From: a virus
Lineage: Duplodnaviria > Caudoviricetes
IMG/VR virus record: IMGVR_UViG_3300050119_000050
Coordinates: 1-61,316 of that record
DNA length: 61,316 bases
Direction: 5' to 3' (one strand)
Shown: positions 27,658 to 35,984 of the stretch, piece by piece
How positions within the stretch are numbered: position 1 is the stretch's first letter
How the letters are laid out: each line of letters starts with the position of its first letter
The notes under the pieces: model-generated
Told to the model about the DNA's origin: nothing
Seen by the model: only the letters and a program-made list of their open reading frames with translations
Database searches by the model: none
Position numbers and translations under genes: made by a program

Positions 27658-28994
27658 TCAGCGTCCAGTGGTGACTAGCCAGCCCGGTGCCATCATGTCA
27701 CTTGTCCGGGTTATCCGGGAGCGCAAGCCTGCTCTCCCCTTTCCCCCAGCATTCGTCAAACCTTTTTTGTAGCGGGCGTCGTATGCCATCTCGGCATCCG
27801 GGCTGTAGGGGAAGCGGATCGCGATCCGACCTTTCCGCACGTCCCACGCCATGGCGTCGTCCTTGAACACCTGACGGCATCGCTTGTTGATCACCAACTG
27901 ATCGGTGCCTCCAACAGCTTCCCACTCGTCGTCTTCGCCGGTCAATGGCGTGAGCGGCATGTGCCGCGCGACCTTGTCGAACACGTCAAGGGTCATCGCC
28001 AGACTGCTGCCGGAGTGGTTGTACGCATAGAGCGTCTCCATCAGCGCGGTGACTTGCACCGCGATCTCTCCGTTGAAGTCGCTGTCATCGTCGAATAGAC
28101 CGGCGGCGCGAAGTTCGGCCTTGGAGTGCTGTAGCAACGTAGTCATTTCTAACTTCCTTGTTTTAGGTATTCAGAGATCATCTCTGCCTTGGTGATTTCG
28201 ATCCGGCCGACCCAGTCCGGGAAGTCGGCCAGCGCCGTATGATCATTTTCCCAGTGCTCTTTCGCGTCGCGCCAGAGTATAACGACGCCGGACACGTTGC
28301 CCGCTTTTGCCTCGGCGAGCACCCGCTCCAAGGTTTCGACGGCGTCCGCTCGAACGCTCTCCGACAGCTTTGGCGGGGCGACGACGTGAAGGTCAATAGC
28401 CATCGACAATATCCACATAAGAGACATCAGCGCCGCGATCTTCGGTGATCTTGACGTTCACCGCCTGCCCGGCGCGAGGAGGTGCGATGCCCAGACGAAT
28501 GGTTTCGTTTCCGTCGTGCGACGTCACCATGGCCTCGATCCGAGAGCCGCAGTTGAACAGCACGACGCTCCAGCCGGGGCCGGGCGTGATGCGGACAAGG
28601 TCTTTCGAAATGTGCTTGACAGTTGCTGCGCTGATCAGCGCGTCGAGCGGGGCGGGGCATTGGTTGCGGTGGCTCTCGATCATCACAGTTTCTCCTGCGC
28701 GGCGATGCGGGCCATGTTGTCGTTATGCTTCGCGAGCTTCAGCTTCTCTTTGAGCCGGGCCTGTTTGTCAACCATGTCCTGCCATGCCGGGCCCCAGCTT
28801 TCCCACGGCTCGTCGCCGGTATGCGTCGAGATGATCACCCACGACCAGTCACGCGCGTCGAGTTGCTCGACCCGGTACTTGATGCAGGCGTCGTCACGGA
28901 CGACGCGTAGGGCTCGGGTGGGGACTGCGATGGTGACGACATGCCATCCCGGCGGGACGGCGTTCACGACAGCATCAACCTGATTTACGTCCAC
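27658..28994 (-). other. Four small hypothetical ORFs (27658-28146, 28149-28427, 28393-28686, 28683-28994)
   Basis: Coupled ORFs; the first has the PLTPLTGEDDEW...NKRC..VFKD pattern common in phage proteins. Confidence 0.55.
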
Positions 28995-29406
28995 AATTTT
29001 TGACCTTGCGATTGACCCAGCGAGCGATGTGCCGTTCGATGGGGACGCCTCGTTTCCTATCAGCCTTGATGTGCTCGCGCAAGCGATACTTCACATCCCG
29101 GATTATAATGTTCGTGATCGGGATGCCTTCGGTCTTGAAAACATGGATAGCAAAGTGCTCGGCCTCAAACTCTTCGCGATGCTTCGAGAGATTGACGTTC
29201 CAGTGTCGCCGCACGATGTGTCCGACTTCATGGAGGTAGAGGAAGAGGCTGTCGTCATCCTTGAGCGTAGGAACGTAAAGGGTGCGTTTGTTCGGGTCGG
29301 CTTGCGCGCTGCTCCAATCCCATCGGTAGCGCGACTGCGCAACTCGCCAGCCGCGTGGGCGGTGACGCTTGACGATCTCATTGATCCTCCCCTGCGCCAG
29401 CGGCAT
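28975..29406 (-). CDS. Zn metallopeptidase-like protein (ImmA/IrrE/SprT-like)
   Basis: LHEVGH...EFEAE. Confidence 0.65.
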   Translation of the reverse strand: MPLAQGRINEIVKRHRPRGWRVAQSRYRWDWSSAQADPNKRTLYVPTLKDDDSLFLYLHEVGHIVRRHWNVNLSKHREEFEAEHFAIHVFKTEGIPITNIIIRDVKYRLREHIKADRKRGVPIERHIARWVNRKVKNCGRKSG

Positions 29407-29707
29407 TTGGTATCTCCCATTCGACAACGATCACGCCGGTCTTCGCGAAGCGCGGGTCCTTGGATTTCCAAGCCTTGATCGTGCCACCCGCGTCGACGAG
29501 CGGTGCGACCTCGGCCGCGAAACCTCGCGGGAGATGTCCCAGCTTTTGGTTGAAGTAGTGCACGGCGATTGCGTTGGCATCATACGGGTTCTTGGGCTCG
29601 CGGACAACTCGCAAAGCCTGACCGGCGCGCATGGTCAAAATCGTCTGCCCGGCCCCCGGATAAAAGCCGGAACCCACTATGGAGACTTGCCTTTTCTCGG
29701 TGGCCAT
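29378..29707 (-). CDS. HIRAN domain protein
   Basis: IVGSGFY...VREPKNPYDANAIAVH...LGHLPR. Confidence 0.88.
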   Translation of the reverse strand: MATEKRQVSIVGSGFYPGAGQTILTMRAGQALRVVREPKNPYDANAIAVHYFNQKLGHLPRGFAAEVAPLVDAGGTIKAWKSKDPRFAKTGVIVVEWEIPNAAGAGEDQ

Positions 29708-30319
29708 CAGAACCACTTTCGCAGGGAGTTGGAGACAGCCGTCTCGACCTCGGCGCGCGTCGCCGGGCGCGGGATCGCGTCGACCCACTCATGGCCGTAG
29801 GGCCAGAACACGCGCGCCTGTTCGGTATCGCCCACCCGTTCGTTGAGGGTGACCGCACCATCGGCGAAGAACGTCTCATGGATTTCGTTGGCCTGCTGCG
29901 CATACGTATCACCGGCCCTCGTAGTGCTCGGTCGGGTACGGCATCAGGGTGCAGTTCTCATACGTCGAGAGGCTGCCGCCGCCTACGCCGGTCTTGATGA
30001 TACCATAGGCGTGTGTCGGGTTGTCCTGCGACGATGTCGGTCGCATCACGTATCGCTTGTTGCCGAAGTCTCCAGCGACGATCAGCGACTTGAAGTCCCA
30101 CGGATGATCATGGATCGTCGAGACGTTGGGCACAGTGAAACGAGCATCCCAAAGATTGAGCCTGAAGCGCTTGGGTTGATCCGGCGGCCCGAAATAGGTA
30201 CGGAGAAATCCGAAGCCTTGGGCGGTCCACTCACGACGTTCGTCACGTAGCGCGCTGATAATCAGGGGACGAATAAAATTCAACATGGCTGTGCTTTCGA
30301 AGTTGGGACGGCGCACCAT
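29707..30319 (-). pseudogene. Cupin-fold protein split by a 1-nt insertion near 29917
   Basis: 613 nt (3n+1); motif 1 IHDHPWDF in one frame, motif 2 GDTYAQQANEIHET in the next. Confidence 0.75.
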
Positions 30320-30347
30320 TGCACCGTCCCAGTCTCCTCGCGGCAGA

Positions 30348-30878
30348 TTACATCAAGTCGTCTTCGGGCGCGGGGGCAGCCGTAGCCGGAGCGCCTTCGC
30401 TGGAGAGCAGGACCTGACAAGCTTCGAAAACCTTGTCGTAGTTCTCGGGCTTCAGATCGGCGACGCGTTCGACACCGCCGCCGTCGTCGGTGAGGATTTC
30501 CTTGGCCGACGCTTTGCCGAGGCTTTCGTTCGCGGCGACCTTGCGGATCGCATCGCGGACCTGTTCGATGGTGTGTTTGCCGCCCGGTGCTTTGGTGCCA
30601 GCGGCCGGACCCTTGGCAGCGGTCGCTGCGGTGGCAGCGGCAGTGGCCTTGTCGGCAGTGACCTTGTCAGCGGCTTTCTTCGCGGCGACCTCGGCGGCCT
30701 TCTCGGCAGCGGTCTTGACCGGCGGCGCTGTGCCAGCACCCGGCTTCGGAGCGGTCGGCGCACCAGCGGCGGTTTGGGCCTTGGTCGGACCAGCGCCAGC
30801 GGTCGCGGCACCGCCCTTCAGCGCAGCGTGGATGTCGCTGAGCTTCGATGAAATTTCCTTGAGCAGTGCATCGGACAT
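30348..30878 (-). CDS. Ala/Lys-rich linker protein typical of DUF2800/DUF2815/PolA modules
   Basis: C-terminal TIEQVRDAI...AKEIL...VADLKPENY domain. Confidence 0.65.
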   Translation of the reverse strand: MSDALLKEISSKLSDIHAALKGGAATAGAGPTKAQTAAGAPTAPKPGAGTAPPVKTAAEKAAEVAAKKAADKVTADKATAAATAATAAKGPAAGTKAPGGKHTIEQVRDAIRKVAANESLGKASAKEILTDDGGGVERVADLKPENYDKVFEACQVLLSSEGAPATAAPAPEDDLM

Positions 30879-30896
30879 GGGGGACGGTCTCCGGGG

Positions 30897-30951
30897 GGTT
30901 AATGGTTCGTTAAGATTGCAGCCCTATACCCGCCTGACCTAAGAAAGTCAA
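30897..30951 (-). promoter_or_regulatory. Replication-operon promoter with a perfect CtrA-like box just downstream
   Basis: TTGACT-17-TATAGG; TTAA-CGAACCA-TTAACC at 30913-30897. Confidence 0.7.
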
Positions 30952-30971
30952 GCGGGTTTAGGAAACCATTT

Positions 30972-31245
30972 TTAGGCGCGCGGCGGTGCGCCGTAAAGCT
31001 CCATCGCGGCGACGCCGAGCGCGGTCACCTTGCGAATGTCCGGGAGACACGCACTGCCTCCATCCGGGCGGTGCCACGCTTCACGGGCGGAGTTGAGATA
31101 CCGCTCCATGCAGAGAAATGAACTCGCCCGGGGTCATCTCTGGCTTCTGGCCTTCATGGCGTTTCGCGTTGCCGCGACCGGCTTCTTGGTAGTCGCGCTC
31201 GCCGTCGATCACGTCGTAGACGCGGGCTCGGGTCTCAGGTCTCAT
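30972..31245 (-). pseudogene. MazG-like small helical protein split by a 1-nt insertion near 31117
   Basis: 274 nt (3n+1); VYDVIDGERDYQ...GEFI joins LCMERYL...IRKVTALGVAAMELYGAPPR; GGAGG RBS. Confidence 0.7.
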
Positions 31246-31249
31246 ATTT

Positions 31250-32040
31250 TTAACCTCCAGTTAGTGCGAACAGCAGTCGCACGGCGCGGTTCAATCGTCG
31301 GCCTTGACGTCCATCGCGGTGAACCATTCGGCGATAACGTTTCTCTGTGATCTTCTTCTGATCGGGGTGGGCTTGGATGTAGTCTCGCTGGCGGCGCGCA
31401 GTGCGCACGCGGCTGCATTCTGGAGAGCATGTCTTGGAGTTTGCCTGCGGCACGAACTCCGTGCCGCAGACGACGCACGTCTTCACTGTGGCACTGCCCA
31501 CGTCGTGGTGGCGACGGGCTGCTGCACGCCGCGCAGGGCTTCGACATACGCCTTGCCCTTCTCGGTCGCACGATACGCCCAGCCCGGATAGTCCTCGCGT
31601 TCTTCGCGTGAGGGCCGCTCGACCATTCCCTCGCGCAGTAGCTGCTTGATAAACTTGGTGTAGGCGGGCGACGTGCGCGATGCCTCGGGCGCGTAGGGAC
31701 CGATGGTCGTCGCGAAGTGCAACATCATCGCGATCTTCATCGGCGGCGGATTGTAGCGACGCGGCTCTTCAATGAACGTGATGTCGGTCCACGTTGGCAT
31801 CTGGAGCGGGCCGAACAGCGCGTCGATATCGATCAGAGAGTGGTAGTATGGCTCTTTGGCCATGGGATGTTCCTTGTGTGAGAGGATGCTTTCCATCATC
31901 TGATGGACTGCGGTGCCGAGCGACGCCTGTCGACGACCCTCCATGTATCGCTTGCGCCAGCGCGGCGCACCGGAGTAGCTGATCCAGCATTCCGGGTCAT
32001 TTGCGTAGGCGAGTTCTTTGATGGCTTGGGGGTACGGCAT
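31250..32040 (-). other. Hypothetical ORFs (31250-31501 Zn-finger CVVC..CSPEC; 31483-32040)
   Basis: Coupled ORFs downstream of a TTGACA/TATAAG promoter at about 32048-32076. Confidence 0.5.
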
Positions 32041-32167
32041 GGCTCGCTTATAGGTCTCGACAATTGGAGATGTCAAGCCCCTAGATGTAGAGCGGTTAAC
32101 AAAGCCCCTTGCAATAGTTAACGGCCGATGCTATAGCGCGGATCGTCCCCGCCCCGGAAAGGTCCTC

Positions 32168-34474
32168 ATGCCAATTCGTAAACGCACCATCGGCCTTGCG
32201 CTGGACTACACTGAGAAGCACTTCGGGGTCCGCAAACTCTTCCCCATCAAGCCGGGTGCAAAGTTTCCTCCGCTCATCAAGGACAACCTCGCGAAGGCGT
32301 CATCGGACCCTGCGCAGTTGATCGCATGGGAGAACCAGTGGCCCGGTTGCAACTGGGGCCTGTCTCATCGCGTCAGCAACGTGATGGGTATTGACATAGA
32401 CACCAATCCGAAGAAGGGCAAACAGGGTCAGGCCACCTACGACGATCTCGATCTGATCTATGGATGGCCCGATACCGAGATGACGATCACGCCCTCCGGC
32501 GGCTATCACAAGATTTACGAGGCGCTGCCCGGGCTCGATATCCCGATGGCCCTCGGTGAGAACGGGATCGGCAAAGACATCGACGTGCCGAACTACACCC
32601 TGATCGCGGGCAGCACGTTCGACGATGGCACCAGCTACGTCGCGGGCAACGGTCTTGATAGCGTCCCATGTCCGCAGTGGATTTACGACGTCATCAAGAG
32701 CGCGAAGACAAAGGCACGGATCACCAACGCTGGCGAGGTAGTCGTCGAGCTTGACAAACAAACCAACATCAACACCGCCATCGACTTCCTGAAGGTCGAC
32801 GCCGAGCCCTCGATCCAAGGGTCGGGCGGTGACTACAATCTGTTGAAGGCGGCCTACTATCTCAAGGACCTTGGCATCTCGCAAGAGCTTGGTGCATCGC
32901 TGCTCAATGACTACTTCAACCCGCGCTGCGAGCCGCCGTGGGATATGGATGATCTCGCAAAGAAGATGGTGGCGGCGTACAGCTACGCCAACCTCTCGAA
33001 GGTCGGCGGCAAGACAGCGGAAGCCGACTTCGCGGATGACGATGCAGCGACAGCAGCGGCGACGCCGGTCCCCACTGGCATCTATAACGTCGAGCAGAAA
33101 AAGTACGTCACCAAGGAAGAGACCAAGGCCGAAGACGACAAGCTTTTCGCCGAGTTCTCGGACTGGGTGTGGGTCATCAACATGAAGCGGTGGATCAATA
33201 CCAAGGACGGCATCGCCGAGCGCAAGACATGGGACACGACGTCTTTCGATAGCCGCTACAACTCGCGCGTCGCGAAGAAGCGAGGCAGCGCCTCCGACAT
33301 CCTGCTTCGCCGCGCCACCGGCATCCGAAAGGTCGACACCATCGCGTTCAAGCCGGGTATGCCTCTCATCGTCACTGACGCTGGCACGTCGGCCCTCAAT
33401 CTGTATCGCACGCCGCTCATCGTCCCGCGTGAGGGCGATCTCACGTGGTGGAATGAGCATCTGGAATACCTGTTTCCGGAGCAAGAGTATCGCGGCCATC
33501 TGTTGAACTGGATGGGGTGGCTCGTCAAGAACATAACTAAGAAACCGAAGCACGCCCTGATCATTCAGGGTGAAGTCAACGGTACGGGCAAGAGCTTCAT
33601 CGGTAAAGTGCTCGCGGCCATCCTGCACTCCGCTAACGTCGCGGTCGTGCCGCAGAACGGGCTCGCGGGCCGGTTCAACTCATGGGCCGCTCAAGCGAAG
33701 CTGATCCTGATCGAAGAGTTGCGCGCTGGCGACCGCATGGCCGTCAAGGAAGCGCTGCACGACATCGTCACGGAGGATACGATCTCGGTCGAGCGCAAGG
33801 GCGTTGATCCGATCAAGGTCGACAACTGTTTCGGTGTGCTGGCCTTCACCAACGACGACGCCGCGCTCTCGCTCGACAAGACCGACCGGCGCTATCTAGT
33901 GATCAAGACTGACCGCACCAAGGCCGAGGCTGACGCCAAACAGGCCGAGGGGTATTTCATTCGGCTGTTCGCAAAAATCGACGATCCGGATGCGATGGCA
34001 GCGGTGATGTACTCGCTCGTCAATCGGGACTTCGGCGGCTACAGCGGACAGCAGGCCGCGCCGCTCACCGCTGCCAAGCAAGTCATGCATCGCGCTTCAA
34101 TGCCGGAGCTTGAACACTGGCTTGACGAGAACCGGCTCAACTGGCCTCTTGACGCGCGCATCATCCGGGTCGACGACGTCCTCGAAGCAATGCCCACGGA
34201 CCTCACACGCAAGAGCGCAAAACCTCGGATAGCCATCAAGAAGTTTTTGATGAGCGAACTGGAAATGGTTTCTCTGGGACAATGCACGACGCCGAGAGGC
34301 GACCGGCCGCACCTGTACGCGTCGAAGAGCGCGGCTGGCATCCTCATGAACCAGCCTCGGACTGTTGCGGGCAAACTATATGAAGACGACATGAAGAAAA
34401 TAAAAGCGAGCCTGCCGCTCAATCCTCTTGACACGGCGGCCGAGTTCGACGATGTTGACGATATGTTGCAGTGA
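32168..34474 (+). CDS. Bifunctional primase-polymerase fused to an SF3-like (DUF5906) helicase
   Basis: NWGL, IDID, TPSGGYH prim-pol motifs; GEVNGTGKS Walker A, LIEE, FTN, DRRY; promoter TTGCAA-17-TATAGC upstream. Confidence 0.9.
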   Translation: MPIRKRTIGLALDYTEKHFGVRKLFPIKPGAKFPPLIKDNLAKASSDPAQLIAWENQWPGCNWGLSHRVSNVMGIDIDTNPKKGKQGQATYDDLDLIYGWPDTEMTITPSGGYHKIYEALPGLDIPMALGENGIGKDIDVPNYTLIAGSTFDDGTSYVAGNGLDSVPCPQWIYDVIKSAKTKARITNAGEVVVELDKQTNINTAIDFLKVDAEPSIQGSGGDYNLLKAAYYLKDLGISQELGASLLNDYFNPRCEPPWDMDDLAKKMVAAYSYANLSKVGGKTAEADFADDDAATAAATPVPTGIYNVEQKKYVTKEETKAEDDKLFAEFSDWVWVINMKRWINTKDGIAERKTWDTTSFDSRYNSRVAKKRGSASDILLRRATGIRKVDTIAFKPGMPLIVTDAGTSALNLYRTPLIVPREGDLTWWNEHLEYLFPEQEYRGHLLNWMGWLVKNITKKPKHALIIQGEVNGTGKSFIGKVLAAILHSANVAVVPQNGLAGRFNSWAAQAKLILIEELRAGDRMAVKEALHDIVTEDTISVERKGVDPIKVDNCFGVLAFTNDDAALSLDKTDRRYLVIKTDRTKAEADAKQAEGYFIRLFAKIDDPDAMAAVMYSLVNRDFGGYSGQQAAPLTAAKQVMHRASMPELEHWLDENRLNWPLDARIIRVDDVLEAMPTDLTRKSAKPRIAIKKFLMSELEMVSLGQCTTPRGDRPHLYASKSAAGILMNQPRTVAGKLYEDDMKKIKASLPLNPLDTAAEFDDVDDMLQ

Positions 34475-34662
34475 CCGGAAGTTTGCAGTCCCGGGATCGC
34501 GTTCGAAAGCGAGATGGGAAGCAGCCGGTGCCCCGCTAACCCCGAGGGCAAGACGTGATCGCAGTGAGACGCGAGTGGCCGCTGTTGCAAGGCGGACTAA
34601 AACGCGCATTGGATCATTCATCGGGGGACGAACCAACGTTGCGGCCTAGCGAACCGCCTGCA
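34474..34662 (+). ncRNA. Candidate structured RNA between the primase gene and its terminator
   Basis: Non-coding; nested hairpins with TCGC-GTTCGAAA-GCGA, TCGC-AGTGAGAC-GCGA and GCGG-CCTAGCGAA-CCGC loops. Confidence 0.4.
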
Positions 34663-34667
34663 CATCG

Positions 34668-34704
34668 AAAACGCCCGGGCAGCATCCACTGCCCGGGCGT
34701 TTTT
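34668..34704. terminator. Bidirectional intrinsic terminator
   Basis: AAAACGCCCGGGCAG...CTGCCCGGGCGTTTTT. Confidence 0.85.
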
Positions 34705-34709
34705 GCATC

Positions 34710-34738
34710 TTGACATCTTAGTTCGGCGGTCGTAGTCT
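34710..34738 (+). promoter_or_regulatory. tmRNA promoter
   Basis: TTGACA-17-TAGTCT. Confidence 0.75.
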
Positions 34739-34744
34739 GCGCTC

Positions 34745-34828
34745 GCACGTTAGCACCACGTGTGATGGTTCTGAATGTTGAGACGGACTGCGGTCAGACG
34801 CGGGATGCGAAGCCCGCCGCCTCCACCA
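34745..34828 (+). ncRNA. ssrA: Two-piece tmRNA, acceptor piece
   Basis: GAC-GCGGG-loop-CCCGC-CGCCTCC-A-CCA; pairs with the coding-piece 5' GGGGGCG to give G3.U70. Confidence 0.88.
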
Positions 34829-34840
34829 TATAGGGAAAAG

Positions 34841-35242
34841 ATGTCTACAGACTTGGCGTATCTAGCGGGAGTTATCGACGGCGAGGGCACAGTAACTCTC
34901 ACTAAAAATAACAAACGCGATCCATTCCGCCGGATCAGTGTCAGTGTTTCTAACACAGACCTCGATCTAATTGAATGGTTGCACGCCGAGTTCGGAGGCA
35001 AGGTCAGGATACGGGCGCGTCAAAAAGCTCACTACAAGGTCGCCTATGAGTGGCGCATCGAAAGTGATCAGGCGCTCAACCTCTTGAAGCGAGTGACTAA
35101 ATATCTTCGGGTCCGAAGCCGAAAACAGCGAGCGGAGTTCATCTGCGCGAACTGGGCCAAGGTAACGAAGAGAAACGGTCACTACTCGGAAAACGAAAAG
35201 GTCGACAAGTGGGCCTTCGAGTTTGCCGTCCTCTCTATCTGA
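34841..35242 (+). CDS. Single-motif LAGLIDADG homing endonuclease inside the tmRNA intervening segment
   Basis: LAYLAGVIDGEGTV...VSNTD...FGG...YLRVRSRKQRA; AGGGA RBS; lower GC3. Confidence 0.9.
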   Translation: MSTDLAYLAGVIDGEGTVTLTKNNKRDPFRRISVSVSNTDLDLIEWLHAEFGGKVRIRARQKAHYKVAYEWRIESDQALNLLKRVTKYLRVRSRKQRAEFICANWAKVTKRNGHYSENEKVDKWAFEFAVLSI

Positions 35243-35330
35243 TGGCCACCCTCATCACGAACGGCGCACTGAGGCATTGATGCCTTGTGCCAAGAGCACG
35301 CCCTAACCTTGGGCACGCGCCGTTCTTGAT

Positions 35331-35503
35331 GGGGGCGAAATAGGATCGATGGACGCTCGGAAAGTCTCAGTGTGAGCCCGGCATGATACCGCCGTTATCG
35401 GGTCACCATCTAAATGTGAACGACAACGTTCCCATGAGCGAAATGGCCCTCGCGGCCTAATCGTTCGGGGCCGCCGATGGGAAGGCCTAGCAACAGAATG
35501 CCC
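35331..35503 (+). ncRNA. ssrA: Two-piece tmRNA, coding piece; tag (A)VNDNVPMSEMALAA
   Basis: 5' GGGGGCGAAATAGGATCGA; TAAAT precedes the tag frame at 35416-35460; CCTAGCAACAGAA near the 3' end. Confidence 0.9.
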
Positions 35504-35504
35504 A

Positions 35505-35533
35505 GCGCCCAGAACTTCGGTTCTGGGCGTTTC
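35505..35533 (+). terminator. tmRNA terminator
   Basis: GCGCCCAGAAC-TTCG-GTTCTGGGCGT-TT. Confidence 0.8.
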
Positions 35534-35537
35534 CATG

Positions 35538-35984
35538 TCAGTAGGGTACGTCGGCAGCCGGGTCCGGGCGGGGCGCTGTACGGGCCGCGCTGCGGGCTGT
35601 GGCCCTATTCTGGGCAGGCGTCGCCCATTCAAGGTTCCAGCGCTGGCAGTTCAATGAGTTCCCGTCGCCGTGATCGCCCATGGTATGCCGCGCGCTCGGC
35701 GGCAGCTTCATGGGTCGCTTCAGGACCTCTTTGTGAAGGTAGTATTTGACCCGGGGCGTGCCCCTCGGGGAGCGCGTGGCGTAGGCCTTGCGCTTGTGCC
35801 GGTCCCACGTGATCTGCCAGCGCCACTGAAGCGCCCACGCGTAGTCCTCGAATGAGACTACCGCGTAGATGCCAGCGTCGACGTCAAGCCAGATGCGGTA
35901 CTCAGGCGGCTCGGCAGAACAGGATGACGTTGTCGCAGGGGATGTCTTCGCCTTCGCCGTCGCTGCCACCATCATATCCCTCAA
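35538..35984 (-). CDS. HNH endonuclease (start uncertain)
   Basis: YLHKEVL...GDHGDGNSLNCQRWNLEWATPAQN. Confidence 0.8.
   Translation of the reverse strand: MRDMMVAATAKAKTSPATTSSCSAEPPEYRIWLDVDAGIYAVVSFEDYAWALQWRWQITWDRHKRKAYATRSPRGTPRVKYYLHKEVLKRPMKLPPSARHTMGDHGDGNSLNCQRWNLEWATPAQNRATARSAARTAPRPDPAADVPY

Noticed and set aside
32300-33628. Long antisense ORFs (also 4669-5694, 16035-17198, 58532-59797)
   Set aside because: These are shadow frames opposite clearly recognisable genes, expected at high GC3.
34490-34540. SRP RNA, suggested by GGAAGCAGCC
   Set aside because: The matching CAGG strand and GNRA tetraloop of helix 8 are absent.
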